A stretch of 64,000 nt of DNA from Bdellovibrionales bacterium (GTDB lineage: Bacteria > Bdellovibrionota > FAC87 > UBA2466). Shown here in pieces: positions 27,584 through 37,439 of the stretch; position 1 is the first letter of the stretch; each line of letters begins with the position of its first letter. The stretch covers positions 11,966 to 75,965 of the forward strand of contig SHZA01000003.1 of assembly GCA_009692515.1 (NCBI GenBank), given 5' to 3'. The position numbers were made by a program, and so were the translations under genes. The notes under the pieces are model-generated. The model was given only the letters and a program-made list of their open reading frames with translations. It was not told the origin of the DNA and ran no database searches.

Positions 27584-28408
27584 TTATTTACTCTCTTTAA
27601 TAGTTTGAATTTTTGCGATTTTCAAAGTTTTACCAGATATCGGTTCAGTAGAACTAGCTAACAAACTTTTTTCCTCTTCTTGGTACCAAGCTTCAAACTC
27701 TTCTTGAGACATGACGTTGAAGAATCCTCGCATTTGCGTGTGACCCACACCACAAAGTTGAGCACAGCCAATTTCAAATTTTCCTGTTTGAGTGGCCTGA
27801 AACCAAACGGGAACGGTCATTCCTGGAATAATGTCCTGCTTAACTCTCATAACCGGCAAAAAGAAATTATGAATCACATCTTTAGAAGCAAGTTTAGCAA
27901 TAATGGGTTTATTAACAGGAATATTTAAGGTGTTTGGACTTAGGATATCGTCTTTACCATTAGGATCTTCTCGGTCAAGACCTACAGGATTGGTGCCATC
28001 AATAAGTTCGATCTTTAATTGTCCAAACTTTCCATCTTTTCCTGCATAATGAACGGTCCAGGCAAATTGTTCTGCTGTAACTCTAACTACCAACGCCTCT
28101 GCTTCATTTGGAAAATCTTTTTTGACCTTAGACCAAATAGGAAATGAGAAAAAGATCAGTGAAATGGCTTCGAAAATAATAATCCCAATTTCAACGTATT
28201 TAGGGAGGGAAAAATGGGCCGATCCAGAAATATCCGCTTCGTGCCCAGGTCGTTCTCTAAATCGAACTAAGCAATAAACCAAATAAACGGCCCATCCGAC
28301 AAAAAGCACAGCCATAAACCAATGTAAAACCGAAATAAGATTATCGATTTCAGCCCCATTCGTAGAAATATTGGGGGGTAGCCAGAATCCGTAATGAGGG
28401 TGTTCCAT
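27584..28408 (-). CDS. ctaC: Cytochrome c oxidase subunit II (CuA)
   Basis: CuA-binding motif CAQLCGVGHTQM; two N-terminal TM helices. Confidence 0.85.
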   Translation of the reverse strand: MEHPHYGFWLPPNISTNGAEIDNLISVLHWFMAVLFVGWAVYLVYCLVRFRERPGHEADISGSAHFSLPKYVEIGIIIFEAISLIFFSFPIWSKVKKDFPNEAEALVVRVTAEQFAWTVHYAGKDGKFGQLKIELIDGTNPVGLDREDPNGKDDILSPNTLNIPVNKPIIAKLASKDVIHNFFLPVMRVKQDIIPGMTVPVWFQATQTGKFEIGCAQLCGVGHTQMRGFFNVMSQEEFEAWYQEEEKSLLASSTEPISGKTLKIAKIQTIKESK

Positions 28409-28626
28409 TCTAATGTCTTCCTCTTAGTTGAAATTATTTGGAGAATTCAAACAACGTGAACCTCAAATAAGCCCACTGTTTATTTTAAACATACCAATAT
28501 CTTCACCGTATTTAAGTCTTAAAAAATAAACTTCTCGATGTGGGCTGTCAACGAGACAATCTATATTTTTTAAACACTTCCAAATCAGATGACAAAATTG
28601 AGAAGTGGTTTAATAATGTATTAAAT

Positions 28627-29928
28627 ATGTCTGTGGAATTCAAATATCAAAGTGGGTTAGGTAACTGTTTTGACACCGAAGCCTTGACCGATGCCTTACC
28701 TAGAGGTCAAAACTCTCCGCAAAAACCCCCGTATGGTTTGTATGCGGAGCAGCTAAGTGGCTCCTCATTTACAGCGCCGCGCCATGAAAATCAAAAAACT
28801 TGGTTATACCGAATTCGTCCCTCTGTTTTACACGAAGCTTTCGAGCCCTTAAAACATGGTTTGTTAAAAAGTGGTCCTTTTGAAGAAGAAAACCCATCGC
28901 CTAATCAAATGAGATGGGATCCGATGATCTGCCCTACCGAGCCCACCGATTTTATAGACGGTTTAATTACGATAGCAGGCAATGGAAATGTATCTCAAAA
29001 CTCCGGGTGTGCAGCTCATTTGTATTTTACCAATAAACCCATGACAGATCGGTTTTTTTATAATGCAGACGGTGAGTTATTATTTATTCCAAGTTTTGGC
29101 GAAGTTAAAATTAATACAGAATGTGGCATTCTTTCGATTAAGCCGGGAGACATTGCAGTTATTCCCCGTGGAATGCGATTTCAAGTCTCTCCTTTAGGAG
29201 TTTCAGCTCAAGGTTATTTATGTGAAAATTATGGAGCTAATTTCCGATTGCCTTCGTTAGGCGCCATCGGAGCTAATGGGCTTGCCAATCCACGCCATTT
29301 TTTAACGCCAATAGCGGCTTACGAAGATCGAACTGGAAATTTTAAATTGGTCACTAAGTTTCAAGGAATCCTTTGGGAGGCCAAAATCGCTCACTCACCC
29401 TTAGATGTGGTGGCTTGGAGTGGAAATTATGCCCCCTATAAATATGATTTAAGTTTATTTAACACGATCAATACTGTGAGTTTTGATCATCCGGATCCCT
29501 CTATTTTTACCGTACTCACATCGCCCAGTTTTGTGCCGGGAATCGCTAATGTAGATTTTGTTATTTTCCCTTCTCGTTGGATGGTGGCTGAAAATACGTT
29601 TCGCCCTCCCTATTATCATAGAAATTATATGAGTGAGTTTATGGGACTCATTTTTGGTAAGTATGAGGCTAAGGGTGAGGGGTTTAATCCCGGTGGAATG
29701 AGTATTCACAATATGATGTCGGGTCATGGCCCCGATACCGAAGCCTTTAAAATGGGAACGGAATCGCCTCTGACTCCTCAGTATTTAGGGCAGACGCTAG
29801 CTTTTATGTTTGAAACTAACCAGGTATTGAGACCCACCCCGTTTGCGCTGTCGACTCCTCGTCGACAGAAGGACTATTTAGGTTCTTGGCGTGGATTAAC
29901 AAGCCATTTTGATTCGAAGAAGAGGTAA
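28627..29928 (+). CDS. hmgA: Homogentisate 1,2-dioxygenase
   Basis: N-terminus MSVEFKYQSGLGNCF…; HGD cupin core; ORF-track GTG start at 28540 is probably an over-extension; ATG at 28627 gives ~433 aa. Confidence 0.85.
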   Translation: MSVEFKYQSGLGNCFDTEALTDALPRGQNSPQKPPYGLYAEQLSGSSFTAPRHENQKTWLYRIRPSVLHEAFEPLKHGLLKSGPFEEENPSPNQMRWDPMICPTEPTDFIDGLITIAGNGNVSQNSGCAAHLYFTNKPMTDRFFYNADGELLFIPSFGEVKINTECGILSIKPGDIAVIPRGMRFQVSPLGVSAQGYLCENYGANFRLPSLGAIGANGLANPRHFLTPIAAYEDRTGNFKLVTKFQGILWEAKIAHSPLDVVAWSGNYAPYKYDLSLFNTINTVSFDHPDPSIFTVLTSPSFVPGIANVDFVIFPSRWMVAENTFRPPYYHRNYMSEFMGLIFGKYEAKGEGFNPGGMSIHNMMSGHGPDTEAFKMGTESPLTPQYLGQTLAFMFETNQVLRPTPFALSTPRRQKDYLGSWRGLTSHFDSKKR

Positions 29929-29929
29929 T

Positions 29930-30826
29930 ATGCAACCCCCAAAGACCGTTTCAGAAGAGATTTTAAAAAAGGTAAAAAGTGGAGAGATCTCTCAAAGTAA
30001 AGTGGACCAATATCACAAGCTTTTAGAGCGAATTAAGCGAGAAATTCTTCCCCACGAGGTCATTACGAGTAATCAGTTTTGTCAGTGGTTTGAAAAGGGA
30101 CGGATAGATAAAGAGGATGTGTGTCACTTTTTGGTTCAATTTTCAGTGTTTTCAAATCTTTTTATAGAAGCTCAATTGAAAAAAACTATTAATGCACCAA
30201 GCCTAGAGGCGATGCATACCTCAAAACAAATTTTAATGAATGAGTTAGGTGTTGTTTTTAAGCCCACAAAAAAACAGTCTGACCCTAATTCTTCCTCAGA
30301 TCTTGAGGAAGATATTGTTCAAGAAGAGGGCACTGTAGATGGCGGCGCCTTTTATTTTAGAGCGGCCCATTTTGAGTGGATGCTTAGAATGATTTCTCAT
30401 GTGGGTTTAACTTTTAATGATGTAGGTAAACGTCGTCACGGTACCGAATCAACCTTATTTTTCTGTGATGAGCTTTGTAGACTTTATGGTTCTGAAGATA
30501 CTCAAGTGGGATTAGGTGCTAGTTTTGCTGTCGAAAATTGGGCCGCTGCAGGATTTTGGAAAGAGTTGATCAAAGGGCTTCATGCTTTCAAAGAAAGAGA
30601 ATGTCCCAAATTGCCCTTAGCCTTTTTCAATTGGCACGACAAGGTAGAAGACCAGCATGCCGCTCATACTTGGGATGAACTAGAAGAGGAGTTTTTCTCA
30701 ATTGAATTGAATGAGGACAAATTTTTTCATGGAGCGAAAGAAATGCTTGATGGCGTCAACTCCTTCTGGAAGGGCCTTAATCAAGACCGTAAAAACCGTG
30801 AAGGGGTGCGAAGATTTCAGGGGTAG
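29930..30826 (+). CDS. Heme-oxygenase-like / iron-containing redox enzyme family protein (putative di-iron HDO-like)
   Basis: Helical protein with spaced carboxylate/His positions (…NELG…, …AAHFEWM…, …FAVENW…, …HDKVEDQHAAH…) reminiscent of HDO/PqqC-like E-(H), E, ExxH pattern; ATG at 29930 follows hmgA stop by 1 nt with GAGGT RBS. Confidence 0.4.
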   Translation: MQPPKTVSEEILKKVKSGEISQSKVDQYHKLLERIKREILPHEVITSNQFCQWFEKGRIDKEDVCHFLVQFSVFSNLFIEAQLKKTINAPSLEAMHTSKQILMNELGVVFKPTKKQSDPNSSSDLEEDIVQEEGTVDGGAFYFRAAHFEWMLRMISHVGLTFNDVGKRRHGTESTLFFCDELCRLYGSEDTQVGLGASFAVENWAAAGFWKELIKGLHAFKERECPKLPLAFFNWHDKVEDQHAAHTWDELEEEFFSIELNEDKFFHGAKEMLDGVNSFWKGLNQDRKNREGVRRFQG

Positions 30827-30872
30827 TTTAGTCCCAATAGAAAAAGTAAAGAGATCTCCCACAAGCGATCCT

Positions 30873-32735
30873 CTATTCTTCACTTTTACGGGATGATATT
30901 TCATCTTTGTAGGAGGTTTCATGCAGTTTTTCTAAAAGCGATAGCGCTACCGAAGGTTTGACTCCTAGTTTTTCTAAGGTTTCAACGGTAGCCTCTTTTA
31001 AGGCCTCAATACTTCCAAAATGTTTAAGTAGTTTTTCTCGCGTTTTGGGTCCAATTCCCTTGGCTTCTGTAAGAGGGGAGTCATTCATCATTTTATTTTT
31101 TCTTCTAGTCTGATGGCTTCTGACGGAAAATCGATGAGCTTCGTCTCTTACCTGTTGAAGTAACCGCAGAGCGGGATGGCCCTCTTTTAAAAGGATAGGA
31201 TTCTTTCGATTAGGAACGAATATTCTTTCCTCGGACTTAGTAATCTCTTTTCGAGTGAAAGCACTTTCTGTTCGAGATTTGGCAAGTGAACAAACTGGAA
31301 TTGTTAATCTCAATTCATCCATAGCCTTTAAAGCCGATTGTAATTGTCCTTTTCCGCCATCGATTAGAAAAAGATCGGGAGGAGGATGATCTGGTTTAGA
31401 TAGGCGTCGCAAAACGGCTTCATAAATCATGGCATAATCATTGGGCCCCTCGACCGTTTTAGGGTAGTAAATACGGTAAGAACTTTTTAGCGGTTTCTCG
31501 TCGGAGAAATGTACTAAGGCGACGGCAGGATTAGTTCCCTGAATGTTTGAACAGTCTACCCCTTCAATGGTATGCGGTATTTCAGCTAAACCTAAAATCT
31601 CCTGAAGTTGTTGGCTCGCTGAAGTTTTATTTTTGTGACTGTCAGCATGGTAAATTAGTTTAGCATTTTCATAAGCCATTCCTAATAATCGAAGCGATGG
31701 TTCCGTTTTAGGAACCCGAATTTTCACAGGGTGTTCCGCTCGGTGCGCTAAAAAACATTCAACGGTGATTCGATCTGGAAAATCTTGAGCAAGCCATACT
31801 TCATTAGGAATTAAAGATACCGTATAGAATTGTTCTAAAAAAGTCCGCATGGTTTCTTCAATGGAATCTAAGGTAAGTGCCACCTTTTCTACTCTTCGCC
31901 CTATCAAAAATCCTGAGCGAATAAAAAGAACCGCAATCGAGAGGTCCTCTGCGCCGGGATAAATACCGATGATATCAATATCCTGCTGTTTTTCAGTAAG
32001 AACAGCTCCTTGTTTTGCAGTAATTTTTTCTACAGCAAGTATTTTATCTCTCAAAGTTTTGGCTCTTTCATATTCAAGCTTATCTGAGGCCTCTTGCATC
32101 TGTGTTTTTAGGTCGGCCACCAGTTCCCGTTTTTTTCCTTTAAGAAAGAGAATGGCCTCTTGAACCTGTTTTCCATAGGTCTCTTGATCGACGTAATCCA
32201 CACAAGGCGCCGTACAAATTCCAATTTCATAATTTAGACAGGGACGAGTTCTGTTTTTAAATTTACTGTCTGAGCAATCGCGAATTTGAAAGGTTTTTAA
32301 TAGAAATCTTCCTATTTCATGAACCCCACCACTAAAAGGGCCAAAATATCTCAGATGCGGTTCATTAGAGATTTTTCGGGTGGTACGAAATAAAGGAAAG
32401 GGATGGCTGAAATCTAAGACTACATAAGGGTAACTTTTATCGTCCTTAAGCCGAATATTATACCGAGGGCGATATTTTTTGATGAGATTGCACTCTAAAA
32501 GGAGGGCCTCTAATTCTGTTTGAGTTACCTGGAATTCGATCGAAGCAATTCGTTTAACCAAAACCCGCGTTTTTTTAGATAGAGTTTCAGCTTTCTGAAA
32601 GTAGGATCGAATTCGATTCTTTAGATTTTTAGCTTTGCCTACGTATAGAATTCGCTGAGAGTCATCTCTCATCAAATAAACACCCGGATCCTTCGGCCAG
32701 TCCTTAATTTGAGCATGAAAATCGGGTTGCAACAT
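30873..32735 (-). CDS. uvrC: Excinuclease ABC subunit C
   Basis: GIY-YIG N-terminus (GVYLMRDDSQRILYVGKAKNLKNRIRSYF); UvrBC-interaction and C-terminal HhH. Confidence 0.9.
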   Translation of the reverse strand: MLQPDFHAQIKDWPKDPGVYLMRDDSQRILYVGKAKNLKNRIRSYFQKAETLSKKTRVLVKRIASIEFQVTQTELEALLLECNLIKKYRPRYNIRLKDDKSYPYVVLDFSHPFPLFRTTRKISNEPHLRYFGPFSGGVHEIGRFLLKTFQIRDCSDSKFKNRTRPCLNYEIGICTAPCVDYVDQETYGKQVQEAILFLKGKKRELVADLKTQMQEASDKLEYERAKTLRDKILAVEKITAKQGAVLTEKQQDIDIIGIYPGAEDLSIAVLFIRSGFLIGRRVEKVALTLDSIEETMRTFLEQFYTVSLIPNEVWLAQDFPDRITVECFLAHRAEHPVKIRVPKTEPSLRLLGMAYENAKLIYHADSHKNKTSASQQLQEILGLAEIPHTIEGVDCSNIQGTNPAVALVHFSDEKPLKSSYRIYYPKTVEGPNDYAMIYEAVLRRLSKPDHPPPDLFLIDGGKGQLQSALKAMDELRLTIPVCSLAKSRTESAFTRKEITKSEERIFVPNRKNPILLKEGHPALRLLQQVRDEAHRFSVRSHQTRRKNKMMNDSPLTEAKGIGPKTREKLLKHFGSIEALKEATVETLEKLGVKPSVALSLLEKLHETSYKDEISSRKSEE

Positions 32736-32965
32736 GAGAATCCAAGTTTACACCCATTTTTCATTCCCTGATAGCCTGGCCTTAGTCTTATAAAAAGAAC
32801 GTTATTTTCGGCTAAGTACTAAATTTCAAATATGTTTTCCCTTGCCCAACCTAGAAAAGCGTTGTAAACCAGCAAGCTAATACACACGCCCTTCCCATTA
32901 ACTCTGGTCTGTTGCGGTTGGTTCGCAATAGCCAAATAGGGGCGGAGGAAAAACCGGAGAAAAAA

Positions 32966-33904
32966 ATGCCTGAAATTTCTATGAAAAACATGTTGGAGGC
33001 TGGCGTCCATTTTGGTCATCAGACTCATCGGTGGAACCCTAAGATGAAACCCTTCATCTTTGCTCCCCGAAATGGGATCTATATTATCGATCTCGAAAAA
33101 ACTGTAAAACATGCTCGCGAAGCCTGTACTTACGTCAAAAACACAGTTGCTGAAGGTGGAAAGGTCCTTTTTGTTGCCACCAAAAAACAAGGAAAACAAA
33201 TTGTAAGAGACGCTGCCGATAAAGCAGGAATGCCTTGCGTGACAGAACGTTGGTTGGGCGGAACTTTAACTAATTTTCAAACCATTCGTCAGGGTGTCGA
33301 ACGTTTAGAGCAATTAGAACTTTGGAAAACCGATGGCACATACGAAGCTCTTCCTAAAAAAGAGGTCGTAGTTTTAGAGCGTAAGCGTAAAAAACTAGAA
33401 TTAAGTTTGGGTGGAGTTAGAAACATGCGCTCTTTACCTGCTGCTTTATTCGTTATTGATCCTGAAATGGAAAATATTTCGGTTTGTGAAGCTAATCGTT
33501 TAGGAATTCCAGTGGTAGCTGTTGTGGATACCAATTGTGATCCCGACCGAGTTGATTTTATTATTCCAGGAAATGATGATGCGATTAAATCGGTCACCCT
33601 TTTTGCTAACTTGATTGCAGATGCTTGCTTAGAAGGGGCGGTAGTTTTTGAACAAAAAATGCGTTCAATGACTCCAGCAACTATACAAGCAGCTCAGACT
33701 AATGTCGCGCCTACAGCGCAACCCAAAGCTCCTGCAGGTCCAGTGGTTGAAAGAGTTAAACGACCTGGAATAAAAAATATTCCTACAGAAATTGATTACC
33801 GCGCTGAAGGCATCCTTACTGAAGAGGAAGCAGAGGCCGCAGCTATCGTAGACGTAGAGGTGGAAACAGAAGTAGAGACCTCCACTGAAAAGTCTAAGAA
33901 ATAA
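32966..33904 (+). CDS. rpsB: 30S ribosomal protein S2
   Basis: MPEISMKNMLEAGVHFGHQTHRWNPKM… canonical S2 N-terminus; ORF-track start 32912 over-extended. Confidence 0.9.
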   Translation: MPEISMKNMLEAGVHFGHQTHRWNPKMKPFIFAPRNGIYIIDLEKTVKHAREACTYVKNTVAEGGKVLFVATKKQGKQIVRDAADKAGMPCVTERWLGGTLTNFQTIRQGVERLEQLELWKTDGTYEALPKKEVVVLERKRKKLELSLGGVRNMRSLPAALFVIDPEMENISVCEANRLGIPVVAVVDTNCDPDRVDFIIPGNDDAIKSVTLFANLIADACLEGAVVFEQKMRSMTPATIQAAQTNVAPTAQPKAPAGPVVERVKRPGIKNIPTEIDYRAEGILTEEEAEAAAIVDVEVETEVETSTEKSKK

Positions 33905-33928
33905 CTGGTAATTAAAAGGGAGTTTTTT

Positions 33929-34534
33929 GTGACAGAAGCAACTTTAGTAAAAGAGCTCCGGGATAAAACCGGAGCTGGTTTCATGGATTGCAAAAAGGCG
34001 TTAGCCAATTCAGACAATAACATAGAAAAAGCTATCATTTTTTTGCGTGAAAAAGGTTTAGCCTCAGCCTCTAAAAAAGCAGGTAGAGAGGCTAATGAAG
34101 GTCGCGTCCTTGCCTATATTCACGGTGAAGGTAAAATTGGCGTACTTATTGAGGTCAATTGTGAGACCGACTTCGTAGCTCGCACGGATGAATTCCAAGA
34201 ATTTGTTCGCAACGTGGCGATGCATATTGCTGCAGCCAATCCGCGCTATTTGAATAAAGAGGCGGTTCCAGCAAAGGATATCGAATCGGAGCAGTCCATT
34301 TTCCGAAAACAGGCAGAAGATTCTGGAAAAAAAGGACCTGTGATTGATAAAATAATCGAAGGTAAAATTAATAAATTCTTTGAGGAGAATTGTTTAGTTA
34401 ACCAACGGTACGTTCGTGATCCGGACCAAACCATTGAAAACTTAGTGAAGTCTCAGGTGGCTAAATTGGGTGAAAACATATCTATCAAACGATATGAACG
34501 CTACCAACTTGGAGAATCAACTAAAGCGGAGTGA
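33929..34534 (+). CDS. tsf: Elongation factor Ts
   Basis: …LVKELRDKTGAGFMDCKKAL… UBA-like N-terminus; GTG start with AAAAGGGAG RBS. Confidence 0.85.
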   Translation: MTEATLVKELRDKTGAGFMDCKKALANSDNNIEKAIIFLREKGLASASKKAGREANEGRVLAYIHGEGKIGVLIEVNCETDFVARTDEFQEFVRNVAMHIAAANPRYLNKEAVPAKDIESEQSIFRKQAEDSGKKGPVIDKIIEGKINKFFEENCLVNQRYVRDPDQTIENLVKSQVAKLGENISIKRYERYQLGESTKAE

Positions 34535-34537
34535 GTC

Positions 34538-35266
34538 GTGGTCAAGCAAGCACCTCATTATAAAAGAATCTTACTAAAACTCAGTGGCGAAGCACTTGCC
34601 GGTGATAAGGGTTTTGGTATTAATCACGATACTATTGAGCGGATTGCAGAAGAGATTAAATCGATTCATGGTTTAGGAACTGAAATTGCGATCGTTGTCG
34701 GTGGCGGTAATATCTTCAGAGGTATTGCGGGTACGGCTCAAGGCATGGACCGAACCTCCAGTGATTACATGGGAATGCTCGCGACGGTCATCAACAGCAT
34801 GGCTCTCCAAGATTGCCTTGAAAAAAGAAACGTCTACACACGAGTCATGTCTGCCATTGGTATGAGCCAAGTGGCTGAGCCCTATATTCGTCGAAGAGCG
34901 ATTCGTCATTTAGAGAAAAAGAGAGTGGTTATTTTTGCTGCAGGAACCGGGAATCCTTTCTTTACTACCGACACCGCAGCCTCCTTAAGGGCCATGGAAA
35001 TTGGCGCCGATATCTTAATGAAAGCAACTCGAGTCGATGGGGTTTATGATTCCGACCCCGAAATAAATCCAAATGCTGTTATGTTTAAAGAGTTAGACTA
35101 TATTGAAGTTTTAAAGAATAATCTAAAGGTAATGGATTCTACAGCGATCTCTTTATGTATGGATAACAACTTGGCTATTTTAGTTTTTAACTTGAATATT
35201 CCAGGAAACTTGAAACGAGTCGTTTCAGGGGAAGAACTTGGAACCTTTGTCAGGAGAGAAAAGTGA
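34538..35266 (+). CDS. pyrH: UMP kinase
   Basis: …[13 protein letters not shown]…[10 protein letters not shown]… signature. Confidence 0.9.
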   Translation: MVKQAPHYKRILLKLSGEALAGDKGFGINHDTIERIAEEIKSIHGLGTEIAIVVGGGNIFRGIAGTAQGMDRTSSDYMGMLATVINSMALQDCLEKRNVYTRVMSAIGMSQVAEPYIRRRAIRHLEKKRVVIFAAGTGNPFFTTDTAASLRAMEIGADILMKATRVDGVYDSDPEINPNAVMFKELDYIEVLKNNLKVMDSTAISLCMDNNLAILVFNLNIPGNLKRVVSGEELGTFVRREK

Positions 35267-35808
35267 GTAACTCTTTAGTCGATATTAAAAAGCAGATGGA
35301 AAAATCTGTCGAACATTTAAAAATTGAGTTTTCTAAAATGCGAGTGGGTCGAGCCTCCTCTGCGATGGTCGAAAGTGTTCGAGTTGAGGTTTATGGAAGT
35401 ACGATGGGCTTAAAAGAGGTGGCGGCTATTTCAATTCCAGATGCTAGAACTATTACCATTCAGCCTTGGGACCGAAGCCTATTTCAGGAAATTGAAAAGG
35501 GAATTTTAGCCGCAAATGTGGGACTGACCCCGATGAATGATGGAAAAATTATTCGTTTATCATTACCTGCTCTGACCGAAGAACGTCGGAAAGAGTTTGT
35601 AAAACAGATAAAAAAAGAGGGCGAAGATGCTAAGGTCTCAGTCAGAAATACCCGCCGAGATGCGATGGAAATCCTAAAAAAAGATTCAGGCCTTTCGGAA
35701 GATGAATTAAAGCGTCAACAAGATGAAGTTCAAAAAACTACCGACCACAATGTGGCAGAGGTAGACAAGTTAATTGATGCTAAAGCTAAAGAGGTCATGA
35801 CTCTCTGA
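35263..35808 (+). CDS. frr: Ribosome recycling factor
   Basis: RRF family sequence; GTGA overlap with pyrH. Confidence 0.9.
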   Translation: MSNSLVDIKKQMEKSVEHLKIEFSKMRVGRASSAMVESVRVEVYGSTMGLKEVAAISIPDARTITIQPWDRSLFQEIEKGILAANVGLTPMNDGKIIRLSLPALTEERRKEFVKQIKKEGEDAKVSVRNTRRDAMEILKKDSGLSEDELKRQQDEVQKTTDHNVAEVDKLIDAKAKEVMTL

Positions 35809-36617
35809 TGAGCTGGCTTCGACAGAAGAAAGCCACTAGTACTCCAAAAGAGATAGGGACCTCTGTCTCAAAAATTCCAAAACACATTGCAATTATTATG
35901 GACGGTAATGGCCGATGGGCTCAGTCTCGAGGAGAGCTTCGGATTGCGGGACATCGAGAAGGGGCGAAACGGGTCGATGAAATTGTCACCGAGTGTGCAG
36001 AACTAGGTGTTGAATTTTTAACTCTTTACACCTTTTCCACGGAAAATTGGGAACGTCCCAAGAGTGAAGTTAACATGCTGATGAGGTTGCTAGTTCAAAA
36101 CCTCAAAATCATGGATAAGAAACTTTTAAAGAATGGAATTAAGCTAGAGTGTCAAGGGACCCTGGAGCGGCTACCGGCTTTTGTTAATAAAGAATTAGAT
36201 CGTGTTAAAAAATTTACAGATCGGCCCGACCCCAAAATGACCTTAAGTTTGGCCTTATCCTACGGCGGACGCCAAGAAATTTTAGATGCGACCAAAAAAA
36301 TGTTTTTAGATGTCCAATTAGGTAAAATCTCTTTAACTGAAATTAACGAAGATTTGTTTCGAACCTATCTTTATCATCCGCACTTTCCCGATCCAGATTT
36401 GATGATTCGAACAGGCGGAGATTCTAGAATTAGTAATTTTTTAATCTGGGAGGTCGCTTATAGTGAAATAGTGGTAATCGATAAATATTGGCCTGAATTT
36501 ACAATCCAGTGCCTTCATGAAGCGGTTAAAGAGTTTGGTACCAAACAAAGAAGATTTGGTAAAACTTCCGAGCAGGTGAGTGGCACCACACCCTCCTCTC
36601 AATTTGGGCTCTTATGA
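35808..36617 (+). CDS. uppS: Undecaprenyl diphosphate synthase
   Basis: HIAIIMDGNGRWA motif. Confidence 0.85.
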   Translation: MSWLRQKKATSTPKEIGTSVSKIPKHIAIIMDGNGRWAQSRGELRIAGHREGAKRVDEIVTECAELGVEFLTLYTFSTENWERPKSEVNMLMRLLVQNLKIMDKKLLKNGIKLECQGTLERLPAFVNKELDRVKKFTDRPDPKMTLSLALSYGGRQEILDATKKMFLDVQLGKISLTEINEDLFRTYLYHPHFPDPDLMIRTGGDSRISNFLIWEVAYSEIVVIDKYWPEFTIQCLHEAVKEFGTKQRRFGKTSEQVSGTTPSSQFGLL

Positions 36618-37438
36618 AAACAAGAATTATTACAGGTAGTATTGCTGCTGTTTTGTTAATTGCTCTTATTTATTGGGCCCCTATCGAGGCCGCAATATGC
36701 GCTATTGCGGTGTGTTCTGTCTTAAGTTATTTGGAGTTTGATAAACTATTTTTTGAAAAAGCATCTCTCTATCGCCAATCTGCTCTTTCTGCGATGATTC
36801 TTTTGATTCTGATGTCATTACGACAAAGCCTGGATTTTACCTTTGTCTTGTTTGGTAGCTTTTATGTCCTTCTTGCTATTGTTAACGTAGTAGGGTCCGC
36901 GGCTAATCAAACGATGAAGGAGGTGGTACAGCACTTTTCTGTCGAGTTGGTAGGCTGTATTTACATTTCTGGTTTATTTGGATTTTTAATTCCTATTTTA
37001 GAAATTCCAGGAAATGGAAAAGATTACCTATTTTTACTTTTCCTTTTGGTATTTATGGGAGACACCGCCGCCTATTTCGTAGGGAAAAAATGGGGAAAAA
37101 GACTTTTGGCTGCGAAGGTGAGTCCTAAAAAAACGGTCGAAGGTTCGATTGCGGCGATTGTAGTTTCGCTCATTGTTTCAATGGTATGGGTCAAGTGGTT
37201 TTATGGTGGAGTTATTGAAAGTCGTTTTGTATTAAGGTTACTAGCTATAACTCCTATCATTAGTATTCTTGCTCAGTTGGGAGATCTTTTTGAGTCTGTA
37301 TTAAAAAGAAGCCAAGGACAAAAAGACTCTGGCTCTTTTTTACCCGGGCATGGTGGCATCTTAGATAGAGTTGATGGTCTCGCCTTTTCAGCGCCTATTT
37401 TTTATTTTTATGTGACCAGAGTTTTGGAGAAAATATAA
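36614..37438 (+). CDS. cdsA: Phosphatidate cytidylyltransferase
   Basis: Polytopic; C-terminal CTP-transferase signature …GHGGILDRVDGL…. Confidence 0.8.
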   Translation: MKTRIITGSIAAVLLIALIYWAPIEAAICAIAVCSVLSYLEFDKLFFEKASLYRQSALSAMILLILMSLRQSLDFTFVLFGSFYVLLAIVNVVGSAANQTMKEVVQHFSVELVGCIYISGLFGFLIPILEIPGNGKDYLFLLFLLVFMGDTAAYFVGKKWGKRLLAAKVSPKKTVEGSIAAIVVSLIVSMVWVKWFYGGVIESRFVLRLLAITPIISILAQLGDLFESVLKRSQGQKDSGSFLPGHGGILDRVDGLAFSAPIFYFYVTRVLEKI

Positions 37439-37439
37439 A

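Noticed and set aside
28540-28626. GTG-initiated 29-aa N-terminal extension of hmgA
   Set aside because: HmgA orthologs start at the MSxxxYQSGxGN motif. The ATG at 28627 gives the canonical length, and the extension runs into the divergent cox promoter region.
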